Part shown: positions 53,370 through 63,111 of the stretch, piece after piece
How the letters are laid out: the number at the start of each line of letters is the position of its first letter
Numbering within the stretch: the first letter of the stretch is position 1
Assembly (NCBI GenBank): GCA_947084985.1
Contig: CAMTUI010000026.1
Span: 508 to 64,507 of the forward strand
Source of the DNA: Methanobacteriota archaeon
GTDB taxonomy: Archaea; Thermoplasmatota; Thermoplasmata; RBG-16-68-12
Length of the DNA: 64,000 nt
Reading direction: 5' to 3'
Translations under genes and position numbers: made by a program
Notes under the pieces: model-generated
Told to the model about the DNA's origin: nothing
The model's input: only the letters and a program-made list of their open reading frames with translations
The model's database searches: none

Positions 53370-54173
53370 TCAGTGGACCCCGCGGTACAGGCCTCCGTCG
53401 ACCTGGATGATGTCCCCCGTGATGTACGACGCCCGAGTGGACACGAGGTACGCGATCAGGTCCGCGACCTCCTCCGGCCGCCCGAAGCGCCCGAGGGGCA
53501 CCTCACCCGCCTCCGCGGACATCGCCTCGTCCGGGTTCCGGCCCTCCCGCTCCGCGCGCACGCGAATCACCTCGGCGAGCCGGTCCGTCGCGATCCAGCC
53601 TGGGGCGACAGCGTTCACGCGAATCCCGTCGGGGGCGAGCTCGCGTGCCAGGGTCTTCACGAGGCCCACGACGGCCGCTCGCATCGTGTTCGAGAGGAGG
53701 AGGTTCTCGATCGGCTGCTTCACGCTGATCGAGGTGATCGCGACGATCGCTCCGCCGCCGCGGGAGGCCATCGACGGCACGGACGCCCGGATCAGCCGGA
53801 CCGCGCTCTGCAACGTGAGATCGTAGGCTGTCGACCACTGCTCCTCCGTGAGCGAGCGGAACGTCCCGGAAGGAGGCCCGCCCGCGTTCGCCACGAGGAC
53901 GTCGATGCCGCTGAACGCGACCTCGACCTTCTCGATGAACGACCGGATATCGTCCGCCCGGCCGACGTCCGCCGCGACGGCGAGGACCTCCGCGCCCGTC
54001 TCCTGCCGGATCGCGGCTGCGGTTTCCTCGAGGGGGCCCGCGTTCCTCGCACAGACCGCGACCCTGCACCCTTCCCGCGCGAGGGCGAAGGCCGTGGCAC
54101 GGCCCATCCCCTGGCTCCCCGCCGAGACGACGGCCACCTTGCCCTCCAACCCGAGATCCACGGGAGGTCGCAA
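53370..54173 (-). CDS. Short-chain dehydrogenase/reductase (FabG-like)
   Basis: Contains 'VSAGSQGMGRA', 'LVANAGG' and 'NTMRAAVVGLVKTLA', with a full-length Rossmann fold. Confidence 0.85.
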   Translation of the reverse strand: MRPPVDLGLEGKVAVVSAGSQGMGRATAFALAREGCRVAVCARNAGPLEETAAAIRQETGAEVLAVAADVGRADDIRSFIEKVEVAFSGIDVLVANAGGPPSGTFRSLTEEQWSTAYDLTLQSAVRLIRASVPSMASRGGGAIVAITSISVKQPIENLLLSNTMRAAVVGLVKTLARELAPDGIRVNAVAPGWIATDRLAEVIRVRAEREGRNPDEAMSAEAGEVPLGRFGRPEEVADLIAYLVSTRASYITGDIIQVDGGLYRGVH

Positions 54174-54261
54174 CGCGGCCGCGGGTAAGAAGGATTCGGG
54201 CTCTCGAGGTTATAGTTGTTTAACCATAACGATGGCCATCCGATACGGAGGGGGGACAGGC

Positions 54262-55107
54262 TCACGGAGCGCGGCGAAGGAATCCCCGGAGTTCGCCGAC
54301 GGGCTCGAAGCCGAGGGTCTTGTACATCGCCTGCGGGGTCTCGAGCACGTTCGTCGTCAGGAGGGAGTACTCGCATCGTTCCTGGAGGGCCCTCTGGCAC
54401 GCGTCGAAGATCATCGTCCGGCCGACGCCCCGCATCCGGAACGCCGGGAGGGTGCCGACGGCGCCGATCATCGCGAAGATCCCGCGAGGCCATAGGGTGA
54501 ACGCCCCCGCCGGCTCCCCGCCCAGATAGCCGACAAACGCCCGGTCCCCGACCGCGCGGCGCCGCTCCGCCTCGACCTCGAGGAGCTGGCGCGATTCCTC
54601 CGTCGTGTAGCCTGACTCCGCATGGAGGGACGTCTGGACGAGGCGGTAGTGGGATTCCGTGGCGCCCGCGCCGACCTCGCGGACCTCGAGCTCCGGGTTC
54701 ACGATGCAGGACGGGAGGCCGACGCGCGCCATCCCGAGTTCGGCGAGGGGTTGGAAGCCTCGCCCGACGAAGGCTTCCTGCTGGTCGTATGCCACCTGGG
54801 CGTCGGCGAACAGCAGATTCCGATGGCGAACCGGCGTGCCCTCGAACACGCGGTCCATGTCGGCCACGATGGACGGCGGTCCGCCGGCAGGCGCGCGTTC
54901 AATCCACGCGAGGTTCGCCTCGTGGACGAGCGGGTGCCGCAGGTCCCGGACGATCGCCCCGTAGGCCGTCCGCTCCACCTCCACCCCGGTCTCGATCCAC
55001 GTCCGGACCAAGTCGATCAGGCCGCGATGAAGGTCCCCTACATTCACGGGTTCGCGAAGGGAGGCTTCGGGATGAAGTTTATGTCCGCATCCCGTACTTT
55101 CACGCAC
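54262..55107 (-). CDS. GNAT-family acetyltransferase
   Basis: Contains 'IGAVGTLPAFRMRGVGRTMIFDACQRA...AMYKTLGF'. Confidence 0.75.
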   Translation of the reverse strand: MRESTGCGHKLHPEASLREPVNVGDLHRGLIDLVRTWIETGVEVERTAYGAIVRDLRHPLVHEANLAWIERAPAGGPPSIVADMDRVFEGTPVRHRNLLFADAQVAYDQQEAFVGRGFQPLAELGMARVGLPSCIVNPELEVREVGAGATESHYRLVQTSLHAESGYTTEESRQLLEVEAERRRAVGDRAFVGYLGGEPAGAFTLWPRGIFAMIGAVGTLPAFRMRGVGRTMIFDACQRALQERCEYSLLTTNVLETPQAMYKTLGFEPVGELRGFLRRAP

Positions 55108-55177
55108 CCCGCCGAACCCCTTTATACCACGGACTGTTACCTAAAAATGAGGCGAGAAATCGACACGCCTCAGGAAC

Positions 55178-56530
55178 GTGACTTCTGTGAAGGAGGAACT
55201 CGCGCCCCATGTGCATGACATCACCCGGGCGCTTGGGAACAAGGTGAGTGAGCAAGAGATCGAGCGGGAGCTGTCGAGCTACCTGAATGTGTACCGCGTC
55301 TCGCTGGATACGGCGAAGCGGTCGATCGTCAAGAAGCACGGCGGGAATCCGGCGAGCCTGGCGGTCGGTGTGAGCAGGACCCTGCGGGAGCTGATCCCCG
55401 GGGAGCAGAGCGTGAACCTGCTCGCGCGGATCGTCAGCGTGAACGAGAAGGACGTCACCCCGGAAGGCCAGGGGACGAAGCGCATCCTGTACGGCATCCT
55501 CGGGGACCCGACCGCAACGGTCCCCTTCACCGCGTGGGAGCCCCTGAACGCGCCCCTCGCGAGGGGGGACGTCGTGCGGGTGCAGAACGCGTACACGAAG
55601 GAGTACCGCGGCCAGGTCCATGTGAACTTCGGGGTCCGCACGGTCGTCTCGAAGGAGGCGCCGGACGCTCTGCCGGAGTACAGGCCGGGCGCGGGGGTCG
55701 GAGCGACGTACGTCGGGAAGCCGACGCCCGTCCGCGTCGTCGACCTGCGGGAGGGCGCCTCGAACATCGCCGTCACCGCGCGCATCCTGTCCGTCGAGAG
55801 GCGGGAGGTCGAGGTCGAGGGCACGCCGAAGACCGTTTTCTCCGGCGTCCTCGCGGACGAGACGGGCAAGTCCCAATTCAGCGCGTGGAAGGACTTCGAC
55901 CTGAAGGAGGACGAGGTCCTGCGAATCGAGGGCGCCTACGTCAAGTCGTGGCGCGGGATCCCGCAGATCAGCTTCGACGAACGCGCGACGATCACGCGCC
56001 TCAAGCCGGATGTCCTGCCGCCCGCCGACCGGCTCGCGGCGAGCCCGCGGATGTGGATCGAGGACCTCGCGGAGCGGGGCGGCGGGGTCGACGTGTCCGT
56101 GCGGGGCATCCTGATCGACCTCCGGGAGGGATCGGGGCTCGTGTACCGCTGCCCGGAATGCCGACGCGTCCTGAGGAAGGGCGCCTGCCGCGTCCATGGT
56201 GAGGTCAAGGGGGAGCCGGACCTGCGCGTAAAGGCGGTCCTCGATGACGGCTCCGGCGCGCTGACCGCCGTCTTCGACCGCGAGCTCACGGAGGCCCTTC
56301 TGGACAAATCCCTCGACGACTGCATCGCCGCCGCGAAAGAGGCGATGTCCACGGACGTCGTGCGGGACGAGCTGTCGGACCTGCTCGTCGCCCAGCCGGT
56401 CGAGGCCCGAGGGAACGTGACCTCGGACGATTACGGGCTGATGATGATCGTGGAGTCGGCGAAGATGCTCAAGGTGGACGTGCAGGCGGAGGCGCGGGAG
56501 ATGCTCGAGGGCCTGGAGGCGTCCGAATGA
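55178..56530 (+). CDS. rpa: Replication protein A (ssDNA-binding, multiple OB folds + zinc finger)
   Basis: It has repeated OB-like units ('LARIVSVNEK', 'TARILSVERREV') and 'CPECRRVLRKGACRVHG'. Confidence 0.8.
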   Translation: MTSVKEELAPHVHDITRALGNKVSEQEIERELSSYLNVYRVSLDTAKRSIVKKHGGNPASLAVGVSRTLRELIPGEQSVNLLARIVSVNEKDVTPEGQGTKRILYGILGDPTATVPFTAWEPLNAPLARGDVVRVQNAYTKEYRGQVHVNFGVRTVVSKEAPDALPEYRPGAGVGATYVGKPTPVRVVDLREGASNIAVTARILSVERREVEVEGTPKTVFSGVLADETGKSQFSAWKDFDLKEDEVLRIEGAYVKSWRGIPQISFDERATITRLKPDVLPPADRLAASPRMWIEDLAERGGGVDVSVRGILIDLREGSGLVYRCPECRRVLRKGACRVHGEVKGEPDLRVKAVLDDGSGALTAVFDRELTEALLDKSLDDCIAAAKEAMSTDVVRDELSDLLVAQPVEARGNVTSDDYGLMMIVESAKMLKVDVQAEAREMLEGLEASE

Positions 56531-57411
56531 TGCGCGAGGTCGCGTGGCGCCTCTTCGCGTCGGAGTACAACGACGCGACCCTCGAGATGAACGGCGGCGG
56601 GGAACGCGCGCCGTCGTACCTCGTCACGCCGCTCGGCGCCCGCGTGAACCGCGTGTTCGTCGTTGGCGTAATCACGGACGTGGAGAACATCGGCACGGAC
56701 ATGCAGCCGATGTGGCGGGCCCGCGTGGCCGACCCGACGGGCACGTTCCACGTCTACGCGGGGCAGTACCAGCCGGAGGCTGCGGCGGCCCTGTCGAAGC
56801 TCAAGCCGCCCCTGTTCGGCGCGATCGTCGGGAAGAGCCGCGTCTACACGCCGGATTCCGGCGCGGTCTACACGTCGATCCGACCGGAGACGATCAAGGC
56901 GGTCGACGAGTCCGTGCGGGACTACTGGATCCTCGAGGCCTGCCGGTCCCTCCGGAAGCGCCTCGACGCGATGGCGGAAGCCCAGAAGATGGACCCCGTT
57001 ACGAAGGAGGGTCTCATGAAGATCGGCGTGAAGGAAGCGATCGCCGAGGGCATCGTGCAGGCCGTCGGCCATTACGGCAAGGTGGACCTGTCCCGGTACA
57101 TGGCGATGCTCGCGGAAGGCCTGCGGTACCTCTTGCCGGAATACCGAGAAGCGGGAGCCGGCGAGCCCGAGCCAGCTGTCGCCTCTCCCGAACCGGAGCC
57201 GAAGGCGTCGGAGCCGGACGCTGACGAGGAGGCCGTCCTCGAAATCATCGCGTCCCTTGACAAGGACGGACGCGGGGCTGCGTGGGAGGGGATCCTCGAC
57301 GCGGCGACCGCGAAGGGCGTGTCGAAAGACCGACTGGAGGAGTCGATCAACCGCCTTCTGGACAAGGGACTCGTCTACGAGCCGATCCTGGGCCGGATGA
57401 AGAAGATCTGA
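56527..57411 (+). CDS. RPA-associated OB-fold protein with C-terminal winged helix
   Basis: The gene overlaps the rpa stop by 4 nt. It has the OB segment 'VNRVFVVGVITDVENIG...VADPTGTFHVYAG' and the C-terminal 'LEIIASLDKDGRGAAW...LLDKGLVYEP'. Confidence 0.7.
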   Translation: MMREVAWRLFASEYNDATLEMNGGGERAPSYLVTPLGARVNRVFVVGVITDVENIGTDMQPMWRARVADPTGTFHVYAGQYQPEAAAALSKLKPPLFGAIVGKSRVYTPDSGAVYTSIRPETIKAVDESVRDYWILEACRSLRKRLDAMAEAQKMDPVTKEGLMKIGVKEAIAEGIVQAVGHYGKVDLSRYMAMLAEGLRYLLPEYREAGAGEPEPAVASPEPEPKASEPDADEEAVLEIIASLDKDGRGAAWEGILDAATAKGVSKDRLEESINRLLDKGLVYEPILGRMKKI

Positions 57412-57417
57412 CGCCCC

Positions 57418-57918
57418 TCATGTGGGCGGGAGGTACGCCTTGCAGTCCCAACACTTGCGTGCGGTGAGGCCGACCTTCGCGCCGCACTTGTGGCAGCGCC
57501 GGACCTTCGGAGTGTTCGCCGTCAGCCGCTCGAGGCGCCGCAAGCCGAGCTTCCCGGTCGCGAGGCCGCCGAGGCCGCAGGCGAGGGCGAACCCGACGTC
57601 AAGGAGGATCTCCCAACCGAGGGGCCACATGGGCCATCCGGCCGGCAGGAACAGGATCCGGAAGACGTAGGTCCCCGCGAAGGCACCGAGGGTGGCTCCC
57701 GCGAAGCCCATGAACCCGATGTAGCTCGACCGGCCCGCGAACATGCCGATGCCGAAGAGGGCGAACGGCAGGTAGAGCAGCGTGATCTCGGGCGCTGGCA
57801 GGAAGAGAATCGGCAGGCCGACGAGGAAGGAAAGCCCGAGGGCACTGAGGATCGTCAGGGCCAGCCCCGCGAGGGGGTTCCGAACGGCGGGCATCGTCCC
57901 TCCAGGTCCTGGCGCCAC
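57418..57918 (-). CDS. Polytopic membrane protein with C-terminal zinc ribbon
   Basis: It has four to five hydrophobic segments followed by 'CHKCGAKVGLTARKCWDC' (C-x2-C-x10-C-x2-C). Confidence 0.55.
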   Translation of the reverse strand: MAPGPGGTMPAVRNPLAGLALTILSALGLSFLVGLPILFLPAPEITLLYLPFALFGIGMFAGRSSYIGFMGFAGATLGAFAGTYVFRILFLPAGWPMWPLGWEILLDVGFALACGLGGLATGKLGLRRLERLTANTPKVRRCHKCGAKVGLTARKCWDCKAYLPPT

Positions 57919-57967
57919 GACAGGGAGGCCTTTTCAACGTGCCGTCGTGGCTATCGGGCCGTGATAA

Positions 57968-58825
57968 TCAGGCCGGGCCGCCGTCCATCACGGACAGGAT
58001 GGACTCCACCGCACGCAGGGACGCGAGGATCGTGTCCCGATCCGGCGCATCCGGGCGCCGAGCGAGGTAGAACCGCAGGTCGTCCCGGGCCAAGGCAAAG
58101 AGGTTCCGGCGATGCGCGAGGAGCCCGCGGTCCCGCCGGTCGATTGCGGATTCGGGGTCCAGGTGAACGAGCTTCTCAACGACGGGCCAGGCGCGGTCCC
58201 CGTCGCCCTCCGGCGAGTAGATCATCTTGAGGTTGTTCAACATCCGCGAGAGGATCTGCCTCTTCCCGACGGGTTCCAAGGATTCCTCGACAAACGGCAT
58301 CGCGCCGCCGTAGACATCGGACACGAGGCGCTCGCAATCCTCGAGGGTGAGGGGTTCCCCGCCGCAGAACGGGTCGAGGAGGACGGACTGCTCGTGCCCG
58401 CGAGCCTCGACGATGAAGTGGCCGGGCAGCCCGATCCCGACGACGTCGACCCCGAGCCGACGGGCGACCTCCATGTAGACGACGCTCAGCGTGATTGGGA
58501 TCCCGGTCCGGCGGTCGAGGACCTCGTTTAGATACGAGTTGCGCGGATCGTAGTAGTTCTCCGCGTTGCCCCGAAATCCCAGGTCGCCGAAGAGATGGCC
58601 GTTGAGCGCGTCTACCGCAGCGGGCAGGGACGTCGCCGAATCGACCCGGTCCCGAAGGGGTTCTGCGAACGCATCGAGCCGCCGCAGGTACGCCTCCACG
58701 TCGAGGTCACGATACACGTCCATGGCGATCGTGAGCGCAGCCTCACCAAGGTCGATGGAAGCCTCCGGACGGTCCACGGCCCTCGCGAACCGGGCAAGGG
58801 TTGACAAACCGCGTACCTCGACCAT
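57968..58825 (-). CDS. Transglutaminase-like/TPR protein (SirB1-like family)
   Basis: 'GIPITLSVVYMEVARRLGVDVVGIGLPGHFIV' is followed by TPR-like C-terminal helices. I chose the start at ATG 58825. Confidence 0.7.
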   Translation of the reverse strand: MVEVRGLSTLARFARAVDRPEASIDLGEAALTIAMDVYRDLDVEAYLRRLDAFAEPLRDRVDSATSLPAAVDALNGHLFGDLGFRGNAENYYDPRNSYLNEVLDRRTGIPITLSVVYMEVARRLGVDVVGIGLPGHFIVEARGHEQSVLLDPFCGGEPLTLEDCERLVSDVYGGAMPFVEESLEPVGKRQILSRMLNNLKMIYSPEGDGDRAWPVVEKLVHLDPESAIDRRDRGLLAHRRNLFALARDDLRFYLARRPDAPDRDTILASLRAVESILSVMDGGPA

Positions 58826-59038
58826 GTCGCCGAATGTTGGACGACCGCCCGGCCGGTTAAAGGTTTGCCGCCCGCTCGGATTCGTGAGGTCCCGACGGGC
58901 CCGCCATCGCGCGCGGGCGCGCCTGCGCGCGGCGGATTTCAATTACATCATGTCGATAAAAATAGATGCATTTGCTTGGACGGCCCACCCGCATGGCCGT
59001 CGGACCGCCATCCCTCCCACCTTTTACAAAAGTGCTTT

Positions 59039-59962
59039 ATGGTCACGGACCGGATTCGCGTCCCGATCGGGATGGCTCTAACGCGCGAGAGCATTTACCT
59101 CAGCGTCGACGCTCTCCCGGAACCGGCGGAGGCGACCCGGATCCGGAAGGTGCCTACGGGGATCGCGGATCTGGACAGCATCGTCGAGGGAGGCTTCCCG
59201 GGTGGCTCGACCATCCTCCTGTGCGGGGACATCGGCGCGGGCATGCAGGAATACGTGTACACGGCGGCGTCCAAGATCGCCCTCGTGAACGAACGGCCGG
59301 AGGCCCGTCACTACTACCTCGGGGACCACTGCGACGATTCGGATCTGCCAGCGCGCGTGTGCTACATCACCTTCTCCCGCTCGAGGGAGATCATCCTCCA
59401 GGAGCTCGCGACATCCTTCAACGGAGATTTCTATCGTGCGTTCCGCGAGCGGACCGTGTTCAAGGACTTCTCGAGCATCTACTTCCGACACAGCGTCGTA
59501 CCGGCATCGTGGACGCAGCAGGAGGAATGGTTCGACCTGCCGTCCACGAACATCCTCGAAGAACTCGTGACCTTCCTCGATGAGAACGCCCAGGACTCCA
59601 TGATCGTCATCGACTCCCTCACGGACCTGGCAATCTCGGATCTCGTCGAGATGAAGGACCTCGTGACGACAATCAAGGGGCTCCAGCGCGCGGCGAAGCG
59701 ATGGGACGGACTCGTGTACCTCATGCTGACGCGAAGCATCCTGGAGCGGCGTCACGAGCAGCTCCTGATGGACAGCACGGACGGCTGCCTCGTCTTCGAG
59801 TGGCGGACCTCCCCGCGGTCGAGCACCCGCCAGCGGTACATGTACCTGGAGAAGTTCACAGGAGTCCTGCCACACCTGCCGCGCGACAAGATTGCCCGGT
59901 TCCCGACGATGGTGTCTGCGAACAGCGGGCTCGTGGTCGTCTACATGGAACGGATTTCGTGA
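59039..59962 (+). CDS. KaiC/RadA-like RecA-superfamily protein with degenerate Walker A
   Basis: In 'VPTGIADLDSIVEGGFPGGSTILLCGDIGAGMQEYVY' the P-loop GxxGxGKT is replaced by GDIGAGMQ. The Walker-B-like 'MIVIDSLTDL' is retained. Confidence 0.7.
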   Translation: MVTDRIRVPIGMALTRESIYLSVDALPEPAEATRIRKVPTGIADLDSIVEGGFPGGSTILLCGDIGAGMQEYVYTAASKIALVNERPEARHYYLGDHCDDSDLPARVCYITFSRSREIILQELATSFNGDFYRAFRERTVFKDFSSIYFRHSVVPASWTQQEEWFDLPSTNILEELVTFLDENAQDSMIVIDSLTDLAISDLVEMKDLVTTIKGLQRAAKRWDGLVYLMLTRSILERRHEQLLMDSTDGCLVFEWRTSPRSSTRQRYMYLEKFTGVLPHLPRDKIARFPTMVSANSGLVVVYMERIS

Positions 59963-59971
59963 GGTGAACGG

Positions 59972-60724
59972 ATGGTCGAGACGGAAGTGTTGGAACCCCG
60001 TAGTGAGGACGGGTCGGGCGCCGCCCCGGACGGGCAGTTCGTGCTCACGGGGATCGATGGACTGGACGTGATGCTTGGCCGCGGCGTGCCGGCAGGGCAC
60101 ATCATCACGGTCATGGGGTCCTTCGGGACGGGGAAGACGACCTTCGCCCTTCAGTTCCTTATGCAGGGCCTGATCAACGGCGAGAAGGGGATCTTCATCT
60201 CCCTCGAGGAGGACGTGGAGTCCGTCCTCGCGAACGCCGCTTCGTTCGGATGGGACCTGCGTCCGTACATCAAGGACAAGAAGCTGCACATCGTGAAGCT
60301 CGAGCCCGCGGACGCGAAGTCGACCGTGACGAGGATCAAGTCCGAGCTGCCAGAGTTCATCAAGCGCAGCGGAGCCGCCCGCGTGGCGATCGATTCAATC
60401 AGCCTCCTGAACATGCTCTTCGCGGACGACAACGAGCGCCGCGCGAGGCTGTTCGCCCTGTGCAAGCAGCTCAAGTCCACCGGGGCGACGTGCGTCTTCA
60501 CGGCGGAGGTCAAGGACGACAACGCGCGCTCTTCCCGGGACGGCCTCGTCGAATACGTGTCCGACGGCGTGATCGGATTGAGGTTCAACGAGCGGGAGAA
60601 CGGGGATGTCCAGCTCGTGATCCAGGTCATCAAGATGCGACGGCTCAAACACCCGCGGTCCGTAAAGCCGTACAGCATCACGGACCAAGGCCTCGAGGTC
60701 CACGGGGACATGGAAGTCTTCTGA
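59972..60724 (+). CDS. KaiC-like single-domain ATPase (RecA superfamily)
   Basis: Contains 'TGIDGLDVMLGRGVPAGHIITVMGSFGTGKTTFALQFL', Walker B 'RVAIDSISLL' and 'VIKMRRLKH'. Confidence 0.85.
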   Translation: MVETEVLEPRSEDGSGAAPDGQFVLTGIDGLDVMLGRGVPAGHIITVMGSFGTGKTTFALQFLMQGLINGEKGIFISLEEDVESVLANAASFGWDLRPYIKDKKLHIVKLEPADAKSTVTRIKSELPEFIKRSGAARVAIDSISLLNMLFADDNERRARLFALCKQLKSTGATCVFTAEVKDDNARSSRDGLVEYVSDGVIGLRFNERENGDVQLVIQVIKMRRLKHPRSVKPYSITDQGLEVHGDMEVF

Positions 60725-60848
60725 AGGCCGGGCATTCCGGGGTCATGCGCCGGGCTTCGGGGGCGGGGAGCCACCCGCACGCTTCCGGAGGAAGACCTCA
60801 AATAGGGCTCCGTTTGTTCCGGATAAGGGCACTCAACTGAAGCTCATC

Positions 60849-61493
60849 GTGTTCGACCTCGAGAACACGCTGATTTTCAACGAATTCCTCCCGGAGCTCG
60901 CTGCGTTGGTCGGGAGGGAGGCCGAGGTGGCCTCGATGACCCAGGCCGGGATAGACGGTCGCATCGACTGGGAGGAGGGGTTCCGTCTCCGAGCCCGCTG
61001 CCTCCGGGGCCTCACACAAGCCCAGATTCTGCGGGCCGCTCGGCATCTGCGGCCGGTCCCCGGCGCCATGGACTTCGTCCACTGGCTGAGGTCCCAGGGA
61101 CACAAGGTCGTGCTGGTCACCGGCGGACCGCGCGAGGTCGCGGAATCCGCTCTCGCCCTCTTCGAAGCGGATGCGGCGTTCAGCAACGAGTTCCTGTACG
61201 AGGATGGCGTCTTCAACGGGGACGTGGTCGTCCGCGTGAGCCCCCGACTGAAGGGGGAGATCGTCCGGCAACTTGCGGCCAAATGGCGGGTCCGCCGCCA
61301 GGACATTGTAGCGCTCGGGGACGGACTGATGGACGTGCCCCTCCTCTCCGAGGCCGGGGTCCGGCTCGGAATCAACTCGAACGGGAAGCTGAAGGCCCAC
61401 GTGCACTTCGAGACGTCCGACTTCGAGGAGGCCCGGCGATGGCTCCAGGAACGGGGAGGCTTGCACTCCGCGAAGCCAGGCCGGAACGATTAA
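60849..61493 (+). CDS. HAD-IB hydrolase (phosphoserine phosphatase-like)
   Basis: Contains 'VFDLENTLI', 'LVTGGPRE' and 'VALGDGLMDVPLL'. The start is a GTG. Confidence 0.7.
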   Translation: MFDLENTLIFNEFLPELAALVGREAEVASMTQAGIDGRIDWEEGFRLRARCLRGLTQAQILRAARHLRPVPGAMDFVHWLRSQGHKVVLVTGGPREVAESALALFEADAAFSNEFLYEDGVFNGDVVVRVSPRLKGEIVRQLAAKWRVRRQDIVALGDGLMDVPLLSEAGVRLGINSNGKLKAHVHFETSDFEEARRWLQERGGLHSAKPGRND

Positions 61494-61518
61494 GGGGGCC
61501 CCGGCGAACATCCACCCC

Positions 61519-62085
61519 GTGCGGGTGGGCATCCTCCTCTTCGACGGGGTCGAGGAACTGGACGCCGTCGGGGTGTACGAGGTCCTCGCGAAGGCGAAGC
61601 AGATCCATCCGCGGCTCGACCTGACCGTGCGCTTCTGGGCGCTGAAAGAAGAAATTACGGGCGCACTCGGCATGAAATTCCTGGCCCATGACGTGCGTCG
61701 GGACTTCTCGGACTGCGACATGGTGATCGTGCCGGGAGGTCCCGGTCGGACGGAGATTCTGAAAGACGCGGCGCTGCTGCAGGCCTTGCTGGACTTCGGG
61801 ACGGAGAGGCCCATCGCGAGCGTGTGCACGGGTGCGATGGTCCTCAAGGAGGCGGGTCTGCTCGCGGGACGTCGCGTGACGACCCACCAAGGTGCCCTCG
61901 ACGACCTGCGGGACGTCGCGGAAGTGGTCGAGGAGCGGGTCGTCGAGGACGGACTCGTGACGACCGCTGCCGGCGTATCGGCGTCCATCGACCTGGGCCT
62001 CCATCTCCTGCGGAAGCACTTCGACCCAGAACTGGCCCGTGAAGTAGCGGACCGGATCGAGTATCAAGGATACCAAAATCCCTAA
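61519..62085 (+). CDS. DJ-1/PfpI-family protein
   Basis: Contains 'MRVGILLFDGVEELDAVG' and the nucleophile elbow 'IASVCTGAMVL'. Confidence 0.85.
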   Translation: MRVGILLFDGVEELDAVGVYEVLAKAKQIHPRLDLTVRFWALKEEITGALGMKFLAHDVRRDFSDCDMVIVPGGPGRTEILKDAALLQALLDFGTERPIASVCTGAMVLKEAGLLAGRRVTTHQGALDDLRDVAEVVEERVVEDGLVTTAAGVSASIDLGLHLLRKHFDPELAREVADRIEYQGYQNP

Positions 62086-62120
62086 GTGCGGCGACTCGCT
62101 TCCGTCAGCCGGGTGGGAGG

Positions 62121-63026
62121 ATGCGGTTCCTCCGGAAAGGGAAGGTCAAGGAGGTCTACGAGGTCTCCGAGGACGAACTCGAGTTCGTCTTCACGGATCA
62201 GATCAGCGTCTTCGATAAGGTGATCCCGACCCTCGTGCCCCACAAAGGTGAGACCCTCTGCCGCACCGCGGCGCACTGGTTCAAGGTCGTCGAGGATCTC
62301 GGCATCCGCACGCACTTCCAGGGGCTCACGGACGGGCTCCGGATGCGCGTACGGCGGGTCGAGGTGATTCCGGAGTACGACAAGATCGCGCCGAGCACAC
62401 GGAACTTCCTCATCCCGCTCGAGGTGATCGCCCGGTACTACGTCGCCGGATCGTTCCACGACCGGCTCAAGGCCGGGCGGATCCGCCCCCAGGACGCCGG
62501 GTTCCCGCGGGGTCATGTGCCCACGTACGGGGAACCGTTGCCACAGCCGTTCGTCGAGGTCACGACGAAGCTCGAGAAGGTGGACCGGGAGCTCACGACA
62601 CGGGAGGCTCTCGCGATCTCGAAGCTGAGCGGCCAGGAGTACGACGGGCTCGTCGAAGCGGTCCTGAGGATCGATGCCCGCCTCAACGCGGACGTCAGAA
62701 AGCGCGGGCTCATCCACGTGGACGGCAAGAAGGAGTTCGGGATGGACAAGGACCGCCAACTCATGCTCGTGGACACGTTCGGGACCGCGGACGAGGACCG
62801 CTTCTGGGACGCGGAGGCGTACGAGAGGGGCGAGCACGTGGAGCTCAGCAAGGAGTACGTTCGGCAGTACTACCGCGGGACCGGCTACCACAAAGCCCTC
62901 ATGGACGCCCGAACCGCGGGAAAACCGGAGCCGGACATCCCGCCCCTCCCGCCCGATGTCACGATGCGGGTGAGCGACCTCTACGTGGGCCTCTTCGAGC
63001 GGCTCACAGGGGAGAAATTCCGCTGA
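62121..63026 (+). CDS. purC: Phosphoribosylaminoimidazole-succinocarboxamide synthase
   Basis: Contains 'GKVKEVYEVSEDELEFVFTDQISVFD' and 'GLIHVDGKKEFG'. Confidence 0.9.
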   Translation: MRFLRKGKVKEVYEVSEDELEFVFTDQISVFDKVIPTLVPHKGETLCRTAAHWFKVVEDLGIRTHFQGLTDGLRMRVRRVEVIPEYDKIAPSTRNFLIPLEVIARYYVAGSFHDRLKAGRIRPQDAGFPRGHVPTYGEPLPQPFVEVTTKLEKVDRELTTREALAISKLSGQEYDGLVEAVLRIDARLNADVRKRGLIHVDGKKEFGMDKDRQLMLVDTFGTADEDRFWDAEAYERGEHVELSKEYVRQYYRGTGYHKALMDARTAGKPEPDIPPLPPDVTMRVSDLYVGLFERLTGEKFR

Positions 63027-63111
63027 TTCCCGCTGCGTATCGTCCACGGAGAACGCGGGAACAAAGTCTTTTACCGACGGCGGGAATACGTCGGCCGGTC
63101 GGGGGCCCCGG

